NCBI GenBank assembly: GCA_934255405.1
Contig: CAKQNT010000002.1
Span: 56,668-120,667 of the forward strand
Length of the DNA stretch: 64,000 nucleotides
Reading direction: 5' to 3'
DNA from: an uncultured Alphaproteobacteria bacterium
Lineage (GTDB): Bacteria > Pseudomonadota > Alphaproteobacteria > RF32 > CAG-239
Position numbers and translations under genes: made by a program. This document shows, one piece after another, positions 30,257 through 39,142 of the stretch; the stretch's first letter is position 1, and the number at the start of each line of letters is the position of its first letter. The notes beneath the pieces were generated by a model, which was given only the letters and a program-made list of their open reading frames with translations, made no database searches and was not told the origin of the DNA.

Positions 30257-30790
30257 TTATCTGCCGTTATTCTTCCAGTTCAAGAAGGCATTATCAAATG
30301 CTCCTTTCTTCTTCTGCTCTTGCTCATAAACATAGTCCAGTGCCGCGAAGACCACATTCTCAGTACCTTCAGGTACATATTCATTAAAAGTTTCAGCAAG
30401 ATTAGGGGCTTTTTCTGCTAATACTTTGCCCATCTTTTCAGGTTTACTAACAGCGTCTTCGGCGTCCATTGGATAGGAGCGTTTTTGTTGTTTGCTACTA
30501 TTAAAATTGCCAATAATGACGTTCAATTCACCATTTTTCGATTGATTGTCTACGGTTGTTTCGAAATGTAAATAATCATCACCTCTGACTAAAACAACAT
30601 CAAAACCTGGGTTTTTGTATCTCTGACTTTCTGGGTACTCAGCTACAATGACATTTGTTCCATCTTTGTGTCTATAGGAAGTGCTTCCGCTGGGGCCGCG
30701 ACCTCGCTTTACATCAATACTTTTGCGAAATTGCTTTTCTTTATTGTTTAATTCTCCAACAGCAACAATATTATCTAAAACACGTTTCAT
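30257..30790 (-). CDS. Orphan protein (177 aa), sole gene of the islet between the two att remnants
   Basis: Clean ORF with its own hairpin terminator (aaaaaaccattgc...gcaatggttttttt at about 30195-30235). No recognisable motif. Confidence 0.55.
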   Translation of the reverse strand: MKRVLDNIVAVGELNNKEKQFRKSIDVKRGRGPSGSTSYRHKDGTNVIVAEYPESQRYKNPGFDVVLVRGDDYLHFETTVDNQSKNGELNVIIGNFNSSKQQKRSYPMDAEDAVSKPEKMGKVLAEKAPNLAETFNEYVPEGTENVVFAALDYVYEQEQKKKGAFDNAFLNWKNNGR

Positions 30791-30942
30791 AATCTTTCTC
30801 CTAATTGTTAATGTGTTAAATCCTATTGTTCATTTTACCCCCCCATTTTTTGTCAAGAATTTTCGCAAATTTTTTAAATTTTATTTCAAATTGTTATGAT
30901 TACTGCTGTTAGCTGTGTATCTAAAATTTTACCATGATTGGT

Positions 30943-31003
30943 GTCGAAGGGGCAAATTACTTTGCCCGCTCCATTTTTAAGCCTCCTTTAGGGAGGCTTT
31001 TTT
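30943..31003 (+). repeat. Second, degenerate tRNA-Gly 3'-half remnant plus a 40-nt direct repeat
   Basis: gtcgaaggggcaaattactttgcccgctcca compares with tRNA gtcgagggtccgaatcccttcgcccgctcca. It is followed by the same terminator hairpin as at 30123-30152. Confidence 0.7.
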
Positions 31004-31011
31004 GTGTTTAT

Positions 31012-31530
31012 TTATAATTTTAGCACGATGCCAATTAGGGCTGAGAGGCAAAGATATAGTATCGGGCTTTTTTTCCAAAAGTGAATGGCCGCTAAAAACG
31101 CGATGAAGACAATTCCGGACAGCAAATCGGTGAGAGACAGCTGGGCAATTTGCAATCCGGCAAACAATATAAGAGCTAAAACTGCCGGTCTGATGCCGGA
31201 TAGCACAGTCTGAACGCGGTGGTTGCATTGATATTTGTCCATCAGTTTGGCAACCATGATGATAACAATCACTGAGGGGCTGACTAATCCGAGAGTGGCA
31301 ATGATTGCGCCCAAGATTCCGCCGGCATTAAAACCGGCATAGGTGGACATATTTACTCCCAGTGGTCCTGGGGTGGATTCGGCAATGGCAATCATATCTG
31401 CCAGTTCTTTGGTGGTGAACCAGCCATAAGTTGCCGACAAATCAAATAAAAACGGCACGGTGACCAGTCCGCCGCCGATGGCAAATAGTCCGATTTTGAA
31501 AAATTCATAAAAAAGTTGCAAATATATCAT
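31012..31530 (-). CDS. Short-chain chromate transporter family protein (CHR half-size, second subunit)
   Basis: 172-aa hydrophobic protein containing FFKIGLFAIGGGLVTVPF. It overlaps its partner by 4 nt. Confidence 0.7.
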   Translation of the reverse strand: MIYLQLFYEFFKIGLFAIGGGLVTVPFLFDLSATYGWFTTKELADMIAIAESTPGPLGVNMSTYAGFNAGGILGAIIATLGLVSPSVIVIIMVAKLMDKYQCNHRVQTVLSGIRPAVLALILFAGLQIAQLSLTDLLSGIVFIAFLAAIHFWKKSPILYLCLSALIGIVLKL

Positions 31531-32069
31531 TGTTTGCGTCTCCGAAATTCTTCACAAATCAGTGCGGCGGCAGCGGCAATCAGAACAATCCAAACCGCGC
31601 TAAAGTTTAAGCCGACTAACAGTAATAAAGCACAGGCAAAAATCGCCAGACTTTGGTAGCCTTTGACATTCTTTTTCCAAAGCCCGTACACAATATCGGT
31701 AATTAGGGCTACAACGCAAATGCGAATTCCGGCAAAAGCATACGCAACATAGCGCTCGTGCATGAATCTGCTTAGGGCGGCGGCAATCATTATAATGATA
31801 AGCAAAGATGGAAGAATTATCCCAAGGGTGGAAAAAATCGCGCCCCAAATGCCTTTTTGCCGATAACCGATAAAAGTGGCAACGTTTACGGCGATAACTC
31901 CGGGGGTGCATTGCCCGATAGAATATAAATCCAGCAATTCTTCTTCGCTAAGGAAGCCGCGCTTATGAACAACCTCGCTTTGCAACAGCGGCAGCATGGC
32001 ATAGCCGCCGCCAAAGGTGAAAAGACCAATCTTAAAAAACAGTATAGTCAGTTCTAATAAATCTCGCAT
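31527..32069 (-). CDS. Short-chain chromate transporter family protein (CHR half-size, first subunit)
   Basis: FFKIGLFTFGGGYAMLPLLQSEVV..., the typical ChrA N-terminal half motif. Confidence 0.7.
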   Translation of the reverse strand: MRDLLELTILFFKIGLFTFGGGYAMLPLLQSEVVHKRGFLSEEELLDLYSIGQCTPGVIAVNVATFIGYRQKGIWGAIFSTLGIILPSLLIIIMIAAALSRFMHERYVAYAFAGIRICVVALITDIVYGLWKKNVKGYQSLAIFACALLLLVGLNFSAVWIVLIAAAAALICEEFRRRKQ

Positions 32070-32152
32070 AATTTTTTGCTTCAGCCTGTTAAATACAATC
32101 GGTGAGATTATATAGTTTTTAGTTTTACATAAGGTTAAGATTGGAAAGCAAA

Positions 32153-33274
32153 ATGACCATTGCGGTTTTGAAAGAGCGCACTAAAGGCGAAAACCGAGTT
32201 GCGGTGTCGCCGAATCTGGTTGGCAGGTATGCTGATATCGGGCAAAAAATAAGAATTGAAAAATCTGCCGGAGCGGCGGCGGAATTTGCTGACGAGGAAT
32301 ATATTAAGGCCGGAGCAGTTATTTGCCGGACGCCGGCAGAAACAGTGCAGGGGGCGGAGATAATTTTGAAAGTGCAGGCGCCGTTGCCGGAAGAAGAAAA
32401 ATTTTTGGGCGCCAAACCGATAGTTGTTGCCGATTTTGTGAATGCGGAGCGAGAGCAGCGTCTGTATAATTTGGCAAAAACGGGGATTTGTGGGTTTGCG
32501 CTGAATTATATTCCGCGAATTTCAAGAGCACAGAGCATGGATATATTGTCTTCACAAAGCAATTTGGCAGGTTATAAGGCGGTGCTTGCGGCGATGAATT
32601 TGCTGCCAAAAGCGGCACCGTTGTTGATGACAGCGGCCGGAACAGTGGCTCCGGCCAGAGTCTTGGTGCTGGGCGCCGGAGTGGCAGGATTGCAAGCGGT
32701 GGCTACCGCGCGGCGGATCGGGGCAGTGGTTTATGCCTCGGATATTAGGCCTGATGTGCGAGAACAAATAGAATCTTTAGGGGGTAAATTTGTAGAAATT
32801 AAACGAGATAAAAAACTTAAGACCAAAGGAGGATATGTGCAATCGGCTTCGGCAGAGTATTTGCAACGGCAAAGAACAGTGATTGCCGAGCTGCTGCACA
32901 GTATTGATGTGGTGATTGCAACAGCCTTTGTTGCCGGAAAGCCAGCTCCACAGCTGATTGATGCGGAAATGCTCAAGCAAATGCCTTTGGGGTCGGTGGT
33001 TGTGGATATGGCGGCGGCGGCCGGCGGAAATGTTGAAGGAAGTGTCGACGGAAAAATTATAACCAGTGGAAATGTAAAAATTGTCGGTAACGGAAATTTG
33101 GCCTCAATGGTGCCAAACTCGGCCAGCCGGCTGTATGCCGGAAATGTGTTTAATTTTTTGGCCTCTCAGTATGACAGCGCTACCGGAAAAATCAATTTTA
33201 ATTATGCAGACGAGATTGTTAAGAGTACCTGTATTATGCAGGGAGGAAAGCTATTGTTGAAGGAGGGCAAATAA
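32153..33274 (+). CDS. pntAA: NAD(P) transhydrogenase alpha subunit, part 1
   Basis: Alanine-dehydrogenase-like dI domain, [24 protein letters not shown] Rossmann motif. Start at the ATG at 32153. Confidence 0.9.
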   Translation: MTIAVLKERTKGENRVAVSPNLVGRYADIGQKIRIEKSAGAAAEFADEEYIKAGAVICRTPAETVQGAEIILKVQAPLPEEEKFLGAKPIVVADFVNAEREQRLYNLAKTGICGFALNYIPRISRAQSMDILSSQSNLAGYKAVLAAMNLLPKAAPLLMTAAGTVAPARVLVLGAGVAGLQAVATARRIGAVVYASDIRPDVREQIESLGGKFVEIKRDKKLKTKGGYVQSASAEYLQRQRTVIAELLHSIDVVIATAFVAGKPAPQLIDAEMLKQMPLGSVVVDMAAAAGGNVEGSVDGKIITSGNVKIVGNGNLASMVPNSASRLYAGNVFNFLASQYDSATGKINFNYADEIVKSTCIMQGGKLLLKEGK

Positions 33275-33558
33275 TGGAGTTTTGGTATTTGCTGACAGTT
33301 TTTGTGCTGGCCTGTTTTGTTGGGTATTTTGTTGTATGGGGAGTTACTCCGGCGCTGCATTCACCCTTGATGAGCGTGTCTAATGCGATTTCTGGCATTA
33401 TCATAATAGGAGCATTGATTGCGGTGGATAATTCCGTGGCGGAGTTGTCTAAAATATTGGGCTTTGCCGCGGTGTTTTTGGCGGCAATAAATATATTCGG
33501 CGGCTTTGCGGTGACGCATCGAATGCTGTTGATGTTTAGGAAAAAGGAGAAAAAATAA
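33274..33558 (+). CDS. pntAB: NAD(P) transhydrogenase alpha subunit, part 2 (membrane)
   Basis: 94-aa three-TM protein containing [23 protein letters not shown]. Start/stop overlap with both neighbours. Confidence 0.9.
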   Translation: MEFWYLLTVFVLACFVGYFVVWGVTPALHSPLMSVSNAISGIIIIGALIAVDNSVAELSKILGFAAVFLAAINIFGGFAVTHRMLLMFRKKEKK

Positions 33559-34922
33559 TGACGGATTTTCTCTTTTTGGCATATCTGTTATCGGGGATAT
33601 TGTTTATCTTGTCTATCCGCGGTTTGGCATCGCCGCAGACTGCCAGACGAGGCAACCTGCTGGGAATGTCCGGTATGGTGTTGGCTATTGCGGCAACGGT
33701 CTATTCTCCGTTGGTGGAAAATGAATTTTGGGCGTATGTGGTTATTGTGGTGGGGGCTGCGGTTGGAATCTATAGCGCTGCACGGGTCAAAATAGCCGCT
33801 CTGCCGCAAATGATTGCGGTGTTTAACGGAGTGGGCGGTTTGGCGGCTGCGCTGATTGCAGTGGCGGAAATAATATCGGGCTCGGAAGCATATATTGACA
33901 ATATTGTCGGGTTGGTGGTGGGAATGGCGGCGTTTTCCGGCTCAATGCTGGCGTTTGCCAAGCTACAGGGGATTGTATCGCCTCGGGTGATTGCGTTTCG
34001 GGGACAGTGTCTGGTTAATTTGGTATTGGCAACAATAGTAATCTGCTTGTGTATTCATTTTGTGATAAACGGCAACAAGGTTGTCTTTTATTGGATTGCC
34101 GCTTTAATGCTGGTGTTGGGTTTTTTGCTGGTGCTGCCAATCGGCGGCGCCGATATGCCGGTGGTGATATCGGTGCTTAATTCTTATTCCGGATGGGCGG
34201 CAGTGGGAATCGGTTTTTCGTTTCATAATGTGTTGCTGATTATTGTAGGAGCAATTGTCGGTGCCAGCGGGGCTATATTATCTTATATTATGGTAAAGGC
34301 GATGAACCGCTCTCTGCTCAATGTGATGCTGGGCGGAATTGGCAGAACAGCCGCGGCAAAAACAGATAATGCGGCACTGCAAAAAACAGCTAAAGTCGGT
34401 AGTCCGGCAGACGCGGCCTATGTTATGGAAAATGCCAATAAAGTGATTGTTGTTCCGGGGTATGGAATGGCAGTGGCGCAGGCGCAGCACATCTTGAAAG
34501 AAATGGCCGATGACTTGCGCATGTTATACGGCGTTGAGGTGAAATTTGCGGTTCATCCGGTGGCAGGGCGTATGCCGGGGCATATGAATGTATTGCTGGC
34601 GGAAGCAAATGTTCCGTATGAAGATGTATTTGGGCTGGAGGATGTTAACCATGAGTTTGCTACCGCCGATGTGGCTTATGTTATCGGGGCGAATGATATT
34701 ACCAATCCTCTGGCAAAAAATGATTCTTCTTCACCAATATACGGAATGCCGATTTTGGAAGTGGAAAAGGCCAAAGTTGTATTTTTTGTTAAAAGGTCTT
34801 TAGGAAAAGGTTATTCGGGAGTTGAGAATCCGTTGTTTTTTGCGGATAATACGATTATGCTGTATGGAGATGCTAAAAAAATCACTGAGGATATTGTGAA
34901 AACTTTGGAAAAAAATAAATGA
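33558..34922 (+). CDS. pntB: NAD(P) transhydrogenase beta subunit
   Basis: GYGMAVAQAQH and HPVAGRMPGHMNVLLAEA motifs. Confidence 0.93.
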   Translation: MTDFLFLAYLLSGILFILSIRGLASPQTARRGNLLGMSGMVLAIAATVYSPLVENEFWAYVVIVVGAAVGIYSAARVKIAALPQMIAVFNGVGGLAAALIAVAEIISGSEAYIDNIVGLVVGMAAFSGSMLAFAKLQGIVSPRVIAFRGQCLVNLVLATIVICLCIHFVINGNKVVFYWIAALMLVLGFLLVLPIGGADMPVVISVLNSYSGWAAVGIGFSFHNVLLIIVGAIVGASGAILSYIMVKAMNRSLLNVMLGGIGRTAAAKTDNAALQKTAKVGSPADAAYVMENANKVIVVPGYGMAVAQAQHILKEMADDLRMLYGVEVKFAVHPVAGRMPGHMNVLLAEANVPYEDVFGLEDVNHEFATADVAYVIGANDITNPLAKNDSSSPIYGMPILEVEKAKVVFFVKRSLGKGYSGVENPLFFADNTIMLYGDAKKITEDIVKTLEKNK

Positions 34923-35374
34923 ACTGCTGTAACTACAAATCGCCTTTCGGTTCTATCATCTTGCAGGAAGAGAATGGCGTGTTGACAATGGTAAAATTTG
35001 GGCACTGCAGCGAGCAGGGAGAATCGGCATTGTTGCAGGAAACCAGCCGCCAGTTGGATGAATATTTTTCCGGAAAGAGAAAAGAATTTGATTTACCGCA
35101 CAAGGCAGAGGGAACGCTTTTTCAGCAGAAAGTTTGGCAGGCACTGCAACAAATTCCATACGGAACGACAGTATGTTATAAAGATATTGCCGAGGCTATC
35201 GGCAGCTCTAAGGCTTGTCGGGCGGTGGGAATGGCGAACCACAATAATCCGATATGCATTATTGTGCCGTGTCATCGGGTTATCGGTGCCAACGGAAGTT
35301 TGGTCGGTTATGCCGAAGGGCCGGATGTTAAGCAGAAACTGTTGGAGCTTGAGGCTGAATACGCCCGGATTTAG
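34919..35374 (+). CDS. ogt: Methylated-DNA-protein-cysteine methyltransferase
   Basis: IVPCHRVIG active site and YGTTVCYKDIAEAIG. Confidence 0.9.
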   Translation: MNCCNYKSPFGSIILQEENGVLTMVKFGHCSEQGESALLQETSRQLDEYFSGKRKEFDLPHKAEGTLFQQKVWQALQQIPYGTTVCYKDIAEAIGSSKACRAVGMANHNNPICIIVPCHRVIGANGSLVGYAEGPDVKQKLLELEAEYARI

Positions 35375-36588
35375 GCATTAGGCAACAGCGGTTTGATGGT
35401 GCGCTCCAACACTCCCTGAGTTTTGGAGATGGCAATGCCATAATTGGTGATAGGTACGCCGCGTCGTATACATTCATGCAGCCGACGAAGCATTTCCATA
35501 CGATTCAACATGCAAGCTCCGCAATGGATAACCAATTTGTATTGCTCCAAATCATCGGGAAAATCACTGCCTTGGCAAAAAGAAAATTGTAAGTCTTTTC
35601 CGGTATATTTTTTGAGCCAATTAGGAAGTTTTACCTTGCCAATATCATCGGAAAGAGAATGATGAGAACAGGCTTCGGCAATCAGCACTTTGTCGCCATC
35701 GGCAAGTTGGTCGATGGTTGAGGCGCCCTGATACAAGATATCTAAGTCGCCCTTGTTGCGGGCAAATAAAATTGAAAAAGTTGTTAGGGGAATATCTTGA
35801 GGAACGATGGGGGCAACTTTCATTATGGCTTGAGAATCCGTAATTATAAGCGTTGGTCGACGTTTGAGTTCCTGAAGAATTTCGGCCAGCTCGCTGTCTT
35901 TGACCACGATAGCCTTGGCGCTGCAGTCCAGAGCCTCGCGCAGGACTTGTACTTGAGGTAAAATAAGACGGCCTTTGGGCGCAGAAAAATCGATTGGTAC
36001 CACCAGTACGATGATATCTTGCGGCTTGAATAAATCTCCGGCCAACAAAGTATCTTTTTTGAGTTCTGCCGGCGCCAGAGAAATTATGAGCTTTTTGACT
36101 TCTTCAATGTTGCTGCCGGTTTGGGCAGAAACGTTGGTGAATGCAATATCTCTGTGTTTCAGCCATTGTATATCTTCCGCACAAGGAGAGTAAATATCAG
36201 TTTTATTAAAAACTGCCGCAAAGGGAATGTTTAATTTCTGCAGTTCTTCAATAATTTGTTTATCGGTGTCTTGTAAACCGTCTGCGCCGATGACCATTAG
36301 GGCGATATCAGAACGGAACAAAACTTTGCGAGTGGCTTTTATGCGCTGTTTGCCAAGAGAACCTTCGTCATCCAGTCCGGCGGTGTCATAAAAAGTTACC
36401 GGCCCTAATGGTAAAAGCTCGTATGGTTTGGCAACGGCGTCGGTGGTGGTGCCGGCTTGGTCAGAAACAATGGCAATTTCTTGTCCGCATAAGGCGTTAA
36501 TCAATGATGATTTTCCGGCATTGCGGCGGCCGACAATGCTGATAATTGTTCTCAGCGCGCGGGGAGTGGCAGCAGCGTTATCACTCAT
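35371..36588 (-). CDS. hydF: HydF-type [FeFe]-hydrogenase maturation GTPase
   Basis: G1 GRRNAGKSSLINAL, G3 DTAG, G4 NKTD. The C-terminal cluster motif is CSHH, about 45 residues, then HCGAC (CxHx44-53HCxxC). Confidence 0.75.
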   Translation of the reverse strand: MSDNAAATPRALRTIISIVGRRNAGKSSLINALCGQEIAIVSDQAGTTTDAVAKPYELLPLGPVTFYDTAGLDDEGSLGKQRIKATRKVLFRSDIALMVIGADGLQDTDKQIIEELQKLNIPFAAVFNKTDIYSPCAEDIQWLKHRDIAFTNVSAQTGSNIEEVKKLIISLAPAELKKDTLLAGDLFKPQDIIVLVVPIDFSAPKGRLILPQVQVLREALDCSAKAIVVKDSELAEILQELKRRPTLIITDSQAIMKVAPIVPQDIPLTTFSILFARNKGDLDILYQGASTIDQLADGDKVLIAEACSHHSLSDDIGKVKLPNWLKKYTGKDLQFSFCQGSDFPDDLEQYKLVIHCGACMLNRMEMLRRLHECIRRGVPITNYGIAISKTQGVLERTIKPLLPNA

Positions 36589-36748
36589 TTTAGGTTTCTC
36601 CGATTGTTATTTGCTTGTTGGTAATTATTTTTATTAAAATCTGTTGTTAAATCAAGTTAAAATTATGTTTTTTGCTATTTTGAAATATAGAAAATTTTAA
36701 GATTTTTTATTTAAAATAACGGCGTTTAGGAATTATGGGAATAAAAGA

Positions 36749-38680
36749 ATGCATTCAATCCAGACTTTGATTGTAGATTTAACGCTTATTACGATATATG
36801 CGGCAATCATCACTTTAATCTTTAAGAAACTGAAACAGCCGACAGTGCTGGGGTATATTTTGGCTGGTATTTTTGCCGGACCTTTTTTGAATTTTGTTCC
36901 CACCGTTACCGATAAAGAAAACCTGACCTTGTGGGCGGATATCGGGGTGATATTTTTGTTGTTTGGCTTGGGATTGGAATTTAGTTTTAATAAGATGATA
37001 AATGTTGGCAAATCGGCAATGATTACCGCGATGGCCAATATCTTGTTTATGCTGTTTTTGGGCTATAATGTAGGGTTGATGCTGGGTTGGTCGGTAACAG
37101 ACAGTTTCTTTTTGGGCAGTATGATTTCGATGTCATCTACCACCATTATCATCAAAGCCTTTGATGACTTGAATGTTAAACGGCAGAATTTTACCAGTCT
37201 GGTGTTTGGTGTGTTGGTGGTGGAAGATATTGTGGGAATTTTGTTGTTGGTTTTGTTGCCAACGATTGCTCTGGGCAGCACTATAGACAGTCAGGAATTA
37301 ATTATCAGCACTCTTAAATTGATTTTCTTTTTGGTGTTGTGCTTTATCTTCGGGATATATCTGGTGCCGACTATTCTTAAAAAGATTACGCCGATGCTAA
37401 ACGATGAGTTGTTGCTGCTGATAACTATCGGCATGTGTTTCGGTATGGTGTTGTTGGCTACATATTCCGGATATTCTTCGGCGTTAGGCGCGTTTATTAT
37501 GGGCTCAATTTTGGCCGAAACCGAGATTATCTCAAGAATCGAAAATATCTTAAAACCGCTCAAAGACTTTTTTGGGGCGGTGTTCTTCGTATCGGTGGGA
37601 ATGCTGGTTGATCCGGTTATGCTGATTGTTTATGCCAAGCCAATTATGGTGATTACTTTGATTGTGATTGCGGGTAAAGTGTTTTTCTCTTGTTTTGGTT
37701 TTTTGTGCTCCGGACAAGGACTAAAGACGGCGATTCAGGGCGGATTTTCTTTGGCACAGGTTGGTGAATTTGCATTTATTATCGCCAGCCTCGGTATGAG
37801 TATCGGGGTGCTCGATGCCAAGGTGTATCCGATTATTGTGGCGGTGTCGGTTATTACCACTTTTTTGACTCCGCTAATGATAAAGGCGGCGGATCCGGTC
37901 TATAAACGGATATCAAAAATGCTACCGGAAAAATTGGATAAATATTTGGAGCGCACTACGGCGCTGGCTAATGAAACACGAATGGAAGAGCGTCGCTGGA
38001 AGTTGTTGTTTAAGAACTATTCTTTGCGAATGGTGTTGTTTTCGATGATATTGTCGGCAATTTTGGGGCTTTCTATATTTTTTGTTAAACCTTTTGTGGC
38101 GGGGATACTGCCTAATATGCCGGCCAGAATTGTTACGACCTTGATAACATTGGCGATGATGTCACCATTTTTGAAGGCGCTTATTGGGTGGGAAACCATA
38201 TTGCCGGTGTTTATTAAGGAAAAAGTTGCAAATGTGCTTTGCAAAATAAGTCGTCGCAATGCGGAAGAAACCAAACAGTCAATCAGCAAAACCATAGAAG
38301 ATAGTTTTGGTATCTGTTCGGTTGAGGGAGAAACCGAAAACGCTCGTAACTTTTTTGTATCAAACCACAAAACAGCGGCGCTTTATTATAAACTGTGGAC
38401 AGCCAAGAAAATCAACCGTTTGCCACTGATATTGTTGACAAGCTTTAGACTTTTGGTGGTTTTGTTCTTTATTGTTACGGTGGTGCACCAGTTGTTGACC
38501 GAGAATCCAAAAGTTACGCTACTGATGGCGGTGGGGTCAATCTTTGTGCTTTCTCAGTCCAGATGGTTGTTCCAACAATATGTAAAAATTGAATCTCAGT
38601 TTCTGACAAATCTTAATGGTACTCGTGTAGCGCAGTCGGAGACATCAATACCAGAAAAGAAAGAAGACAAAAAGGAATAA
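36749..38680 (+). CDS. CPA2-family cation:proton antiporter (Kef-type membrane domain with an extra C-terminal membrane region)
   Basis: LKQPTVLGYILAGIFAGP, GLEFSF and GAFIMGSILAETE motifs. No KTN/RCK domain was recognised. Confidence 0.75.
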   Translation: MHSIQTLIVDLTLITIYAAIITLIFKKLKQPTVLGYILAGIFAGPFLNFVPTVTDKENLTLWADIGVIFLLFGLGLEFSFNKMINVGKSAMITAMANILFMLFLGYNVGLMLGWSVTDSFFLGSMISMSSTTIIIKAFDDLNVKRQNFTSLVFGVLVVEDIVGILLLVLLPTIALGSTIDSQELIISTLKLIFFLVLCFIFGIYLVPTILKKITPMLNDELLLLITIGMCFGMVLLATYSGYSSALGAFIMGSILAETEIISRIENILKPLKDFFGAVFFVSVGMLVDPVMLIVYAKPIMVITLIVIAGKVFFSCFGFLCSGQGLKTAIQGGFSLAQVGEFAFIIASLGMSIGVLDAKVYPIIVAVSVITTFLTPLMIKAADPVYKRISKMLPEKLDKYLERTTALANETRMEERRWKLLFKNYSLRMVLFSMILSAILGLSIFFVKPFVAGILPNMPARIVTTLITLAMMSPFLKALIGWETILPVFIKEKVANVLCKISRRNAEETKQSISKTIEDSFGICSVEGETENARNFFVSNHKTAALYYKLWTAKKINRLPLILLTSFRLLVVLFFIVTVVHQLLTENPKVTLLMAVGSIFVLSQSRWLFQQYVKIESQFLTNLNGTRVAQSETSIPEKKEDKKE

Positions 38681-38687
38681 CAAAAAA

Positions 38688-38711
38688 AAGGCCGCTTATT
38701 TAAGCGGCCTT
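38688..38711. terminator. Bidirectional terminator between convergent genes
   Basis: aaggccgctta-ttt-aagcggcctt flanked by A and T runs. Confidence 0.7.
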
Positions 38712-38726
38712 TGATTTGAGAACGGC

Positions 38727-38984
38727 TTAGATATCCAGCGCCTTGCGGTAAGTATCAAGCAAAAATTCCTGCTCATCGCGGTCGGCGGCATTCATCTTGC
38801 GCAGTTTGAGCACGGCGCGCATAATTTTGACATCGAATCCGGCAGACTTGGCTTCAGCGAAGATGTCTCTGATGTCAGAGGCAATGGCGGCTTTTTCTTC
38901 TTCGAGGTGCTCAATGCGTTCAATCAGCGAGCGCAGGCGATCGGCGGCAATTCCACCGACTTCATTTTTGGTTTCTTCTGTCAT
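38727..38984 (-). CDS. UPF0335/DUF2312 protein
   Basis: LRSLIERIEHLEEEKAAIASDIRDIFAEAKSAGFDVKIMRAVLKLRKM. Start at MTEETKN (38984) behind AAGGAG rather than the longer track ORF. Confidence 0.85.
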   Translation of the reverse strand: MTEETKNEVGGIAADRLRSLIERIEHLEEEKAAIASDIRDIFAEAKSAGFDVKIMRAVLKLRKMNAADRDEQEFLLDTYRKALDI

Positions 38985-39142
38985 TCTAATCTCCTTGGTT
39001 GGTGTTATATTGTTAAGAAAACTAGCAAATAAGAAACATTTTGACAAGTGATAATTTTTGCAAAACATTATATTAAAAATAATAGCTTGTTAACCTATTT
39101 GGGTGTAAATTTGAGCAAGCTTTTTGATTAAGGAGAAATTTT

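Noticed and set aside
34998-35381. 127-aa ORF in an alternative frame of ogt.
   Set aside because: The ogt frame carries the PCHRV active site, and the alternative frame has no features.
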